Counted from the first letter of the stretch, positions 31,828 to 41,148 are shown. The stretch: 64,000 nt of DNA from Candidatus Versatilivorator sp. (GCA_965207735.1 OZ242296.1:4832001-4896000); one strand, 5' to 3'. Numbers and translations: made by a program. The notes: generated by a model from the letters alone, not told the origin.

Positions 31828-32126
31828 AATGGAAAACCGGTTTTGCACAACAGGGCCCTTGTTCCCGACAGGCCATGAAGATGCGTTGTTTCACTCTCGT
31901 TTGATCCGCCCGGCTGGTCTCTCAAGAATCCGACGGACGCGCTCCGATTCCTGAGCAGCGGCTTCTCATCCTGTTAATCCTGTCCATCCTGTCTATCGAT
32001 GTTCAATAATGCAGCCAATCGAATTAACGGGACAGGGCCTTTGCTCCCGTAGGGTCACCAGGGTCCGTTGTTGCACTCTCGAATGGTCTGCACAGCAGGG
32101 CGGGGCCCCGCTATTAGCGAACTCTT

Positions 32127-32519
32127 TTGGCCAACGCGAAAAAAGCTTCCTTCTTCAAGCGGGTGTACCGTGTGGTGGGCGCGATTCCACCCGGACGGGT
32201 GCTGACCTACGGGCAGATCGCCACCCTTGTCGGCACTCCCTACCTCGCCCGTCAAGTGGGTTGGGCCATGCACGGTTGTCCCCTTGGGCTGCCCTGGCAC
32301 CGGGTGGTGGGGGCGGGCGGGCGCCTCCTGACCCGTTCTCCCAACCCGCCGGGGGGTTCCCTCCAGCAGCGTCAGCTCCTGGAACAGGAGGGAGTCCTGT
32401 TTGCCGGTGAGCGGGTAGACATGAGTCGACACCAGTTCGTTCCTCCTCGAGGTTTCCTCAAGAGCAGACCCCAAGCATCCCCGGCCGCTCCCCACACGCG
32501 GACGCCGCCAACGCGTTGA
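32127..32519 (+). CDS. Alkyltransferase-like (ATL/MGMT family) DNA repair protein
   Basis: IPPGRVLTYGQIA, ARQVG, PWHRV (Trp in place of the catalytic Cys). Confidence 0.9.
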   Translation: MANAKKASFFKRVYRVVGAIPPGRVLTYGQIATLVGTPYLARQVGWAMHGCPLGLPWHRVVGAGGRLLTRSPNPPGGSLQQRQLLEQEGVLFAGERVDMSRHQFVPPRGFLKSRPQASPAAPHTRTPPTR

Positions 32520-32551
32520 GGCCCTGCTCGTTGATATTCACTTGCGGGACG

Positions 32552-32907
32552 GCGCGTCGGCCCCCCTCCGGATCGACTGCGGGCTGTGCCTTTTGGTAGT
32601 CACTCACGGGACGCCGCGTCTGCCCCCCTCCGGCTCGACAGCGGGCTCCGCCCTCTCGCCGACTCCCCCTCAAGGGGGGAGTGATACTTGAGGCTTGCAG
32701 AGGGCTTATTGCCTGATTGCTGGGCAGGATGTAAACCATGTTCCCGGTCTAACGCATAAACTCCGTTCCCTCTTCAGAACACGGGTATCACTCCCCCCTT
32801 GAGGGGGAGTCGCAGAAGCCGAGCCGAATGGCGAAGGCTGATGCGGAGGGGGGCAGACGCGGCGTCTCCGAACGGCAGCGCCGAATGGCGAAGGCTGATG
32901 CGGTGGG
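32552..32907. repeat. Composite palindromic repeat element, copy 1
   Basis: Inverted ACTCCCCCTCAAGGGGGGAGTGATA hairpins around a ~110-nt core; near-identical inverted copy at 61862-62226. Confidence 0.85.
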
Positions 32908-33069
32908 AGCGATTGCGGCCGACCCATCAGAAATCCAACCTCTACCCTTTGGGAAACTCCCGCATACCCGCAACCCCAGGCTGCTGCCGGCGGCCGTGGG
33001 TCCCATGGTAAGATGAGCCCGCGCGGGCTGCGCTCATCGCCGCCGGCGCGTTGCTGGATGGGGGAGGCT

Positions 33070-33867
33070 ATGGCAGGGTGGAGTTGGAGTCGGCGCCTCA
33101 CCGGGCCCGCGTTGCTCCTGGGTCTGCTCGGGTGCGGATGCCGGGCTCAGGCGCCCGGCGGCAACTCCCTGTTGCTATGCGCCGCGGCCAGCACCACCGG
33201 TGTGGTTGAGGAGATCCGAGATCGATACAGCCGTCAGACAGGCCGGGCGGTCGAGTTGAACTTCGCCAGCACGGCCACCCTGGCGACACAGATCCGCAGC
33301 GGTGCCGAAGCCGATCTGTTTCTGGCGGCGGACGAGAGTTGGGCCCGGGTCCTGGCCGGCATCCCGGGTCTGGTCGTGGACCAAGTCGATTTGCTGGGCA
33401 ATGGCCTGGTAGTGGTGCTCCCCAAGGGCAGCGGGCGTTCCCTCGGATCCCCTCGGGAGTTGCTCGAGGCCTCCCTTGCATCGGTTGCCATGGCCAATCC
33501 CGATTCCATGGTTCCGGCGGGTGTCTACGCCCGGGAAGCCTTGGTCCGGCTGGGCCTGTGGGAAGCATTGCGGTCCAGAATGGTTTTTGGGGAAAACGTG
33601 CGGGCTGCGCTGGCCTACGTGGAGACAGGTAGCGTGGGGGCGGGCATCGTCTACCGAACCGATGCATTGGCCAGTTCTCGGGTCGATTCGACCCTTGAGA
33701 TCGCTCCAGGGTTGCACCGGCAGATTCGGTATCCGTTGTTGCTGCTGAGCCATGGCGGGAATTCCACCGCGGCCCGTGATCTGTTCGACTACCTGCAGGG
33801 CGCCGAAGCAGCCACCGTGTTCCGGAAGCACGGCTTCGCACTCCTGTCGGACACCCGGCGTGAGTAG
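33070..33867 (+). CDS. modA: Molybdate ABC transporter substrate-binding protein
   Basis: AAAS, QIRSGAEADLF, VPAGVYA, IVYRTDA; lipoprotein-like signal. Confidence 0.92.
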   Translation: MAGWSWSRRLTGPALLLGLLGCGCRAQAPGGNSLLLCAAASTTGVVEEIRDRYSRQTGRAVELNFASTATLATQIRSGAEADLFLAADESWARVLAGIPGLVVDQVDLLGNGLVVVLPKGSGRSLGSPRELLEASLASVAMANPDSMVPAGVYAREALVRLGLWEALRSRMVFGENVRAALAYVETGSVGAGIVYRTDALASSRVDSTLEIAPGLHRQIRYPLLLLSHGGNSTAARDLFDYLQGAEAATVFRKHGFALLSDTRRE

Positions 33868-33929
33868 GTTGCTGAAATAGCCGGGCCGATTGGACGGAGC
33901 CTCCTTCGTCGTCGCCGAGAGCGGTCTCC

Positions 33930-34616
33930 ATGGAATTCAGCGCCGCCGAATGGTCTGCGATTCACAATAGCCTGAGGGTCGGCCTCTTCGTGGTGCTCGC
34001 GAGTCTGCCGCTGGGCCTATGCCTGGGCTATGTGTTGGCGAGATTTCGGTTTCCGGGGAAGTGGCTGGTGGAGGTGGGGGTCAACCTGGCCCTGGTGATT
34101 CCGCCGGTGGTGACCGGTTACCTGCTGCTGCAGGTCTTCAAGCCGGCGGCTCCGGTGGGCGGATTCCTGAGTCGGACGCTGGGCCTCGGGGTGGCTTTCG
34201 AGTTTCCGGGACTGGTGGTCGCGGCCGCCGTGATGAGTTTTCCCCTGATGGTGCGAGCCATCCGGCTCGGCTTTCAGTCGGTGGATCCGAACCTCGAGAC
34301 CGCCGCCAGGACCCTGGGCGCGGGGTGGTGGAGGACCTTTTTCACCGTCAGCTTGCCGCTTGCCCGCAACGGCGTCATTGCCGGATGCGTTCTGGCCTTT
34401 GCCAGGAGCCTGGGAGAGTTCGGGGCAACCGTCATGCTGGCCAGCCAGAGAGAGGGCAACCGGACCATCCCGCTACTGATTTACACCCTGAAGGACAGGC
34501 CCGACGGGCTGGCGTCCATCTGGCCGTTGGTAGCGGTTTCGCTGCTTCTGGCCGCCGGCGCGCTGGCAGCCAGCGAATATCTGGAGCGCAGGGGGTTGCG
34601 GCATGAGTCGGCTTGA
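33930..34616 (+). CDS. modB: Molybdate ABC transporter permease
   Basis: PPVVTGY, EAA-like loop ETAARTLGA, FARSLGEFGAT. Confidence 0.93.
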   Translation: MEFSAAEWSAIHNSLRVGLFVVLASLPLGLCLGYVLARFRFPGKWLVEVGVNLALVIPPVVTGYLLLQVFKPAAPVGGFLSRTLGLGVAFEFPGLVVAAAVMSFPLMVRAIRLGFQSVDPNLETAARTLGAGWWRTFFTVSLPLARNGVIAGCVLAFARSLGEFGATVMLASQREGNRTIPLLIYTLKDRPDGLASIWPLVAVSLLLAAGALAASEYLERRGLRHESA

Positions 34617-35673
34617 CTTCAACTGCCGGCACCGGTTCCGGAGTGGGTTCGAGATCGACCTTGCCTTCGAGGCTACCGGGCTGGTGACCGCATTGTTCGG
34701 TCCCTCGGGAAGCGGGAAGACCAGCGTGCTCGGCATGATCGCGGGCTGGTTGCCTCCGCGTTTCGGTCGCATTCGGCTGGGCTCGCGCCGGCTCGACGAC
34801 AGTCCGGCTGGAATCCACGTGCCCACCGAACACCGGCAGGTCGGCATGGTGTTCCAGGACCATTGGCTCTTCCCTCACATGAGCGTCGAGGCCAACCTCG
34901 GCTACGGGCAACGGCGCCGGGGGAGCGGTCCTCCCATTCGTTTCGACAGGGTGGTGGAGGTGCTGGAGCTCGAGCAGCTGTTGAGGCGCTATCCGGGGAG
35001 CTTGTCCGGGGGTGAGCGCCAGCGGGTGGCTTTGGGGCGAGCGCTGTTGAGCAACCCGGAACTGCTCCTGATGGATGAGCCGCTGGCTGCTCTGGACGAG
35101 GCTCTCAAGCTTCGCGTGCTGGCCTATCTGGAACGGGTGGTCACGGAATGGAATGTTCCGACCCTGTTTGTCAGTCACGGACAGGCCGAGGTGCGCCGAT
35201 TCGCCCAGCAGGTGGTGGTGATGGAGCGAGGGCGAGCGGTGGCGGAGGGCAGTCCGGAAGAGGCTCTGGGTCAGCCCACCCCCTTGGGATGGACCCGTTC
35301 GGCCGGCCCGGTCAATCTGCTCCGGATCGATGAAGCCAGGCAGCGAGGCGACCAGTGGGTCGGAAGGCTGGGGGGACAGGAGATGAAGCTCCCTTCATTG
35401 AACAGCGCCCCTTCCCGGCCACTCTTTGTCCAGTTCCGGCCCTCGGATGTGACCTTGAGCCTTGAGGATGTCCAGGGGCTCAGCACCCGGAACCATGTTC
35501 GGGGCGTGGTCAGCCGAATGCTGGAGTTGGCAGGCGGATTTTTCGTGGCAGTGGACGTGGGGCAGATCCTGTGGGCCGAAGTGACCCCGGCCGCGGTGCG
35601 TGACCTGGGACTCCAACCGGGATCGCAGGTGACCTGCCTGATCAAGACCCGCAGCCTGGAGTGGGTGGGTTAG
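34603..35673 (+). CDS. modC: Molybdate ABC transporter ATP-binding protein
   Basis: GPSGSGKT, LSGGERQRV, MDEP, C-terminal Mop/TOBE (STRN). Confidence 0.93.
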   Translation: MSRLDFNCRHRFRSGFEIDLAFEATGLVTALFGPSGSGKTSVLGMIAGWLPPRFGRIRLGSRRLDDSPAGIHVPTEHRQVGMVFQDHWLFPHMSVEANLGYGQRRRGSGPPIRFDRVVEVLELEQLLRRYPGSLSGGERQRVALGRALLSNPELLLMDEPLAALDEALKLRVLAYLERVVTEWNVPTLFVSHGQAEVRRFAQQVVVMERGRAVAEGSPEEALGQPTPLGWTRSAGPVNLLRIDEARQRGDQWVGRLGGQEMKLPSLNSAPSRPLFVQFRPSDVTLSLEDVQGLSTRNHVRGVVSRMLELAGGFFVAVDVGQILWAEVTPAAVRDLGLQPGSQVTCLIKTRSLEWVG

Positions 35674-35770
35674 AAATCCCCCCGGAAGAAGGGTGGCCCC
35701 TGTGCCTCCCGCCCACTGAAACGCCCCGCCGACCTCGCGTATCGCCGGACGGCTCCAAAGGAGTGACCTC

Positions 35771-36700
35771 ATCAGCAACCGTCCTTCGCTGCCAGTCTGG
35801 ATTCGACTGAGGGCAGAGTACCTGGCGGCCCGGCTTCTGCTTGGAATCTTCGGTGCTCTCCCCAGGCGGGCCTCCCTGTGTCTGGCCCGGGGAGTTGCCG
35901 CCCTGGCCTACCGGAGCCTGGGCCATCTCCGCCGCACCGCTACCCGAAACCTGAACCTGGCCTTTCCGCACTGGACCCCCGAGCGGACCCGGGCGGTGGT
36001 CCGGGGAGTCTTCCGGAACTTTGGAAGACTGCTGGCCGAGTTCGCACAGCTGCCCAAGCTCACCCGAGACAATATTTCCCAGGTGGTGGTCTATGACGGC
36101 TTCGATCACTATGCCGAGTCTCTTCGCCAGGGCAACGGCACCCTTTTCCTGACCGCACATTACGGAGCCTGGGAGCTGTGCCCCTTTGCCCATGCGCTCT
36201 ACGGACACCCGCTGAAATTCGTGGTCCGGCCGATCGACAATCCCTACCTGGACCGACTGGTCAACGCCTATCGCACCGCATCCGGCAATCATGTCATTCG
36301 GAAGAAGGACTCCTTGAGGGAGATGCTCAGGACCCTGAAACGGAATGAAGGGGTCGGCATCCTGATCGACCAGAACACCACCCGCGACGCGGGAGTCTTT
36401 GTGGATTTCTTCGGCCTGCCGGCCTGCACCACCACGGTCCTGGCCGCCTTGGCCTTGCGAACGGGAGCCACTGTCATTCCGGGCGTGCTCATTTGGGACA
36501 GCGCCCGGAAGATCCATCGACTCCACTTCGAGCCGCCGGTCGAGATCGCCAAGACGGGTGACACCCGTGCCGACATCGTGGAGAATACGGCCCGCTTCAA
36601 CAAGATCCTGGAACGCCTGGTCAAGCAACACCCGGATCAATGGCTCTGGGTTCACCGCCGCTGGAAGACCCGACCGCCGGGGGAGATGTCACCCTATTAG
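35771..36700 (+). CDS. lpxL: Lipid A late acyltransferase (LpxL/HtrB family); start uncertain, possibly non-canonical ATC
   Basis: TAHYGAWE, LIDQ, FVDFFG, PDQWLWVHRRWK; frame open upstream of GTG 35996, encoding the TM anchor and RNLNLAFP. Confidence 0.82.
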   Translation: MSNRPSLPVWIRLRAEYLAARLLLGIFGALPRRASLCLARGVAALAYRSLGHLRRTATRNLNLAFPHWTPERTRAVVRGVFRNFGRLLAEFAQLPKLTRDNISQVVVYDGFDHYAESLRQGNGTLFLTAHYGAWELCPFAHALYGHPLKFVVRPIDNPYLDRLVNAYRTASGNHVIRKKDSLREMLRTLKRNEGVGILIDQNTTRDAGVFVDFFGLPACTTTVLAALALRTGATVIPGVLIWDSARKIHRLHFEPPVEIAKTGDTRADIVENTARFNKILERLVKQHPDQWLWVHRRWKTRPPGEMSPY

Positions 36701-36719
36701 TCGGGGGAGGATATTTTCC

Positions 36720-37901
36720 ATGAAGTCCGTTTCACAACAGTCGGCGGCACCTGTTCTGGTGGTGGCGGGCGAGGCTTCGGGAGACATGTATGCCGCTGAA
36801 CTGGTCCAAGCTCTGAGAAACAGGCTGGGTGCCTCCGGACCGGCCTTCTTCGGGTGCGGCGGCCCGGCTCTGCGGCAGGCGGGGATGGAGATCCAGGTCG
36901 ACAACCGCCAACTGAGTGTGCTGGGGCCATTCGAGGCCGTTTCTCATCTGGGCCGGTTTGTTGCCGCCTTGCGACAACTGGAGGCGGCCGCCAGGCAAAA
37001 GAAGCCTCGCTGGGCCATTCTGGTGGACTTCCCGGACTTCAACCTCCCTTTGGCCAAAAGGCTCAAGCGGCAGGGTGTGGGCATCCTCTATTTCATCAGC
37101 CCCCAGATTTGGGCCTGGCGCAAGCGCCGGGTGCATGCCCTTCGACGATGGGTGGACCGAATGATCGTGATTCTGCCCTTTGAGGCGGAGTTTTACCGGC
37201 GATACGGCATGCAGGTCGAATACGTGGGTCACCCCCTGGTGGATCGGGTGAAGCCTTCCTGCTCGCGGGCTCAGTTCCTGCGCTCCCTGCGGCTGGCCGA
37301 GGACCGTCTGACCATCAGTCTGCTTCCCGGTAGCCGATCCAGGGAAATCCGGTACAATCTGCCGGCCATGGCCCGCACGGCCCGGCGGCTCCAGTGGGAA
37401 CAGTCGGTTCAGTTCCTGGTCCCCCTGGCCTCTCCCCTGCATGCCCGGCTGGTCCGCGGTCTGATCCGGGACGAGGCCCCGGGGCTCTCGGCGGTGCTGG
37501 TCGAAGACGACACCTACAACGCCGTGGGGCACTCCGATCTGGCAGTGGTTTCGAGTGGCACGGCCACCCTGGAGGCCGCCCTGTTGGGAACTCCCCTGAT
37601 AGCGGTCTTCCGGATCTCAATTCCGAGTTGGATTGTCGGCCAGTACCTGATCGATGTGCCCTACTATAGCCTGGTCAACCTGATTGCCGGCCGCGAGGTC
37701 ATCCCCGAGCTCTACCAGCAGGACTTTACCGAAGATCGGCTCCATGCCGAGATCCGGAGGCTGCTTACCGAATCCGGCCCTTCCGCACGTGTTAAAATGG
37801 GGTTGTCCGAGGTTCGGGAAAGGCTGGGTTCGGGAGGAGCTATCTCAAAGGCGGCCGAGAGCATTGCTTCCTGGATGGAAGCCAAACCGAAAGGGGGATG
37901 A
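36720..37901 (+). CDS. lpxB: Lipid-A-disaccharide synthase
   Basis: VAGEASGD, VDFPDFN, SPQIWAWR, LLPGSR, SGTATLE. Confidence 0.95.
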   Translation: MKSVSQQSAAPVLVVAGEASGDMYAAELVQALRNRLGASGPAFFGCGGPALRQAGMEIQVDNRQLSVLGPFEAVSHLGRFVAALRQLEAAARQKKPRWAILVDFPDFNLPLAKRLKRQGVGILYFISPQIWAWRKRRVHALRRWVDRMIVILPFEAEFYRRYGMQVEYVGHPLVDRVKPSCSRAQFLRSLRLAEDRLTISLLPGSRSREIRYNLPAMARTARRLQWEQSVQFLVPLASPLHARLVRGLIRDEAPGLSAVLVEDDTYNAVGHSDLAVVSSGTATLEAALLGTPLIAVFRISIPSWIVGQYLIDVPYYSLVNLIAGREVIPELYQQDFTEDRLHAEIRRLLTESGPSARVKMGLSEVRERLGSGGAISKAAESIASWMEAKPKGG

Positions 37902-38023
37902 TGCGGTCGCACTCCGGGTCGACCTTGCAGCCGGCCAGGATTTTCAGGTCCATGGAGACAACAGGATCGGGCCGATTGTCGTCCTAACCGTTTGGGAAGT
38001 CCGGAACGACTGGAGATACGCTG

Positions 38024-40192
38024 ATGTCAGAACGGTTCAATAGATCTTGTCCTTGGGGTTTTGCTTTCCTGGTGACATTGCTGGCCGGCGCTCCTCCCTT
38101 GTCGGCTCAGCAGATCGACCAGGGCCCCTCGATCGACGTTGAGGAGTACGACGTTTCGGTCGAGCTCCGGCCTTCTCAGCAGGAACTGCAGGCCGCCGCC
38201 ACCCTCAAGTTCTCCGCCAGCCAGGAGCGGTTGAGCCGAGTTTTCCTCGATTTCAATGCCAATCTGACCGTGAAGAGGGTCTACTTTGCGGAGCGTCCTC
38301 CGGCTCCAGGCAGCCTGTCGCAGGGCTCGTCGCGGACGCGGGTCGCCTCCGGACCGGATCAGGAGAGGGAAGGGGTGCCCTACCTGTCGCGGCGAAAATC
38401 CAACCCCGGGACTCCTTCGAATCCTGCATCCTCCTCTCCGGGCCCGATTTCTCAAGATCCCAACCTGCTCGAGTTTTACCAGGACGTTGACCAGCACCTC
38501 CTGGAAGTCCAACTCCCTCAGTCGCTCGATTCGGGACAGACGGCCTCCCTGGTGATTGAATATGACGGCAGGCTTTTCTCTGCCGATCACTCTCCCCTTT
38601 ACGGCGTCACTACTGCTCGTGTGAGTGAAGATCTGTGTTACCTGGTGGACGTCAGTCGATGGTTTCCCATGCACGGATACCGGGAGGACCGGGCCCGGGC
38701 CACCTTTCGGGTGACGGTGCCTCAGGGCTACCTGGTTGCCATGGACGGGGAGGTCGTCTCCCGGGAACGGCAGGAGGAACAGGAGACCTTCACCATCGTG
38801 AACCGGCAGCCGGATTTTCCCGGTTCGCTGGCTGCGGCCCCCTTCAATGAAATTTCCGTCCGGACGGGTCAGGTGGAGCTGCGGTATTACGTCATGGACC
38901 GAAAGCGGGACTACCTGGAGGCCCATACCCGGGTGATCGGGGAGCTGTTGGATCTCTATTCCGACAAGTTCGCGCCCTACCCCTCCCGAACCTTCAGGGT
39001 GGCGGTGATCGACGACGACTCCCTGTTGGGCTTTTCCTCGCCCGGCATGCAGTTTCTGGCCGACCGAGCCTTCGGCCCCGAGCCGAACGTCAACCTGCTG
39101 GCCAAGGAGATCGCCTATCAGTGGTGGGGTACCCTGGTCACCCCGCGGACCGAGCGGGACCTTTGGCTGAAAGAGGGATTCTCTTCCTACTCGGCACTGC
39201 TCTATCAGGAGAGCGTCTCCAGCCAAGAGGAGTTTGCCGGGCAACTCAAGGAGGTCGCCGTGGCGGCCCTGCTCTATGAAGGTGAGTCCTCCATCCTCAA
39301 CGCACAGCTTCTGGACCTTTACTCGCCCGAGTACAACTCCGTGCTCAAGAACAAGGGGGCCTATGTCCTGCACATGCTTCGGGCGGTGATCGGCGACGAG
39401 AAATGGTTTGAGTTGATCAAGCAATTCGTCTACGACTTCGGCTACAAGACCGCCTCCATTGGAGACTTCAAGGCCCTGGCCGAAAAGATTTCGGAACAGG
39501 ATCTGGGGTACTTCTTTTCCCAGTGGATTGAACAGACCGGCGTGCCCGAGTTCCAGTACGAATTCACCACCTACAGGCTCAGGGACGGTTTCCGGGTAGA
39601 CGGTGTGGTCAAACAGGATCTGGACCTCTTCAAGATGCCCATGGAAATTCTGATCGAGACCGAGGGGGAGGCCGAGACCAAACAGATCGAGGTCATGGGC
39701 ATGGAGTCCTTTTTTTCGGTCCAGACTTTCGGGAAGCCCATCAAGGCGGTCATCGACCCCAACCATCGGGTCCTGCGGGTCTCCGGAGACATTGAGCTGG
39801 CCACCCTCATTGCCAAGGGAGACGAGCTCAGAAGGATGGGCGAGTACACGCAAGCCATTACCCAGTACCAACAAGCGATCGAGTTGAAAAAGCGAAGTTC
39901 GCTGGCCTTCTTCCGGATCGGCGAAGTGTTCCTGGAGCAACGCAGCACTCAATCCGCCGCCAACTCCTTCCGGGAGGCCCTCAACGGCGACCTCGACCCC
40001 CAGTGGATTGAAGTCTGGTGCTACATCAACCTGGGCAAGATCTTCGATATGGCGGGTCAACGGGACCGGGCCCTCAATGAGTATCAGAAGGCTCTGGATA
40101 CCAACGACAACACCCAGGGCGCCCAGCAAATCGCCCAGAAGCACATCGAGGCACCCTATAAGTACCAGGGGCCCCAAGTGCTGATCCGATAA
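38024..40192 (+). CDS. Exported M1 aminopeptidase-like protein with C-terminal TPRs; zinc motif degenerate
   Basis: LAKEIAYQWWG...WLKEGFSSY, KGAYVLHMLR, FFSQWI; TPR helices. Confidence 0.82.
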   Translation: MSERFNRSCPWGFAFLVTLLAGAPPLSAQQIDQGPSIDVEEYDVSVELRPSQQELQAAATLKFSASQERLSRVFLDFNANLTVKRVYFAERPPAPGSLSQGSSRTRVASGPDQEREGVPYLSRRKSNPGTPSNPASSSPGPISQDPNLLEFYQDVDQHLLEVQLPQSLDSGQTASLVIEYDGRLFSADHSPLYGVTTARVSEDLCYLVDVSRWFPMHGYREDRARATFRVTVPQGYLVAMDGEVVSRERQEEQETFTIVNRQPDFPGSLAAAPFNEISVRTGQVELRYYVMDRKRDYLEAHTRVIGELLDLYSDKFAPYPSRTFRVAVIDDDSLLGFSSPGMQFLADRAFGPEPNVNLLAKEIAYQWWGTLVTPRTERDLWLKEGFSSYSALLYQESVSSQEEFAGQLKEVAVAALLYEGESSILNAQLLDLYSPEYNSVLKNKGAYVLHMLRAVIGDEKWFELIKQFVYDFGYKTASIGDFKALAEKISEQDLGYFFSQWIEQTGVPEFQYEFTTYRLRDGFRVDGVVKQDLDLFKMPMEILIETEGEAETKQIEVMGMESFFSVQTFGKPIKAVIDPNHRVLRVSGDIELATLIAKGDELRRMGEYTQAITQYQQAIELKKRSSLAFFRIGEVFLEQRSTQSAANSFREALNGDLDPQWIEVWCYINLGKIFDMAGQRDRALNEYQKALDTNDNTQGAQQIAQKHIEAPYKYQGPQVLIR

Positions 40193-40434
40193 CCTGCAGC
40201 AGCCTGCCTCAAAGAGGGCGTGACACCTCCCGCTCCATCGCCCTCTTACCCCCTCCCAAACCCCTATTTCTCACCGGGTCGCTGGATTCATTTCCGGAAA
40301 AAGACAGCCTGTTACGGTCCGGACGGTAGACCCCGTCCGTTGCCGGTGTTCTTGGCCAAAAGTGGTTGGGTACAAGCGTTCATCAAGGCCACTTTCTATG
40401 ATATACTATCTAATTTGATATCCTGAGGAATATT

Positions 40435-40665
40435 ATGAAGGTCTCCAAGTGGGGCAACAGTCTCGCCATTCGACTACCCAAGGCACTGGTTGAGGACCTC
40501 GATCTGAAGCCTGGAGACCTGTTGGAGGTCATATCCGCAGCGCCGAATCGCATCGCTGTCGCAAGAGATGAGCGACGGGCCCTGGCTGTCGAACGAATGC
40601 GGGCTCGGGCATTGTCCATACCCGACGACTACGTGTTCGACCGCGAGGAGGCCAACACCCGGTGA
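40435..40665 (+). CDS. AbrB/MazE-family antitoxin (VapB)
   Basis: MKVSKWGNSLAIRLPK; stop overlaps toxin start. Confidence 0.9.
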   Translation: MKVSKWGNSLAIRLPKALVEDLDLKPGDLLEVISAAPNRIAVARDERRALAVERMRARALSIPDDYVFDREEANTR

Positions 40666-41060
40666 TCGCGTTCCTCAACACGAACATTCTGATTCACGCC
40701 CAAGGCACCGGGGCCAAGAGCGAGGTTGCGCGACAGACAATCCTGGCGGGTGGTGTGATCAGTGTGCAGGTCCTGAGCGAGTTTGCTTCCGTCCTTCGCC
40801 GCAATTTCGGCTTTGAGTGGGACGTTATCGACGAGGCCATCGCCGATCTGAGAACTGCGCTCGATCCAGTCCGTCCCATCGGTATCGAAACCCACACAGA
40901 GGCTGTTGCCTTGGCCCGATCCCACGGCTTCAGCTTTTATGACGCTCTGATCGTCGCCTCCGCGCTGGAAGCCGGATGCGACATATTGCTAACGGAGGAT
41001 CTGCAGGCAGGCCGGCGCATCGCGAGTCTGACAATCCTCAATCCGTTCGCTCGACCGTAG
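40662..41060 (+). CDS. PIN-domain toxin (VapC)
   Basis: FLNTNIL, SVQVLSE, FYDALIVASA, TED. Confidence 0.88.
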   Translation: MIAFLNTNILIHAQGTGAKSEVARQTILAGGVISVQVLSEFASVLRRNFGFEWDVIDEAIADLRTALDPVRPIGIETHTEAVALARSHGFSFYDALIVASALEAGCDILLTEDLQAGRRIASLTILNPFARP

Positions 41061-41148
41061 TGACGGCTTCGCTCTTCGTTCGCGAGCACGCGCTGAGGGA
41101 AAAATTCCTGCGCCATGATCACGCCCCCTGGTGAGAATTGCGGGCTGG
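41050..41148 (+). repeat. 99-bp dispersed element, copy 1
   Basis: GACCGTAGTGAC...GAGCACGCGCTGAGGGAAAAATTCCTGCGCCATGATCAC...TGAGAATTGCGGGCT; direct copy at 62396-62494. Confidence 0.85.

Noticed and set aside
29700-32930. Possible CRISPR array among the short repeats
   Set aside because: No constant repeat with regular unique spacers, and no cas genes
36399-36719. N-terminal extension of lpxB
   Set aside because: Overlaps lpxL; RBS and homology point to ATG 36720
38027-40177. Long antisense ORFs (also 24109-25752, 5168-6424, 62653-63879 and others)
   Set aside because: Shadow frames of real genes in high-GC DNA; no recognisable motifs
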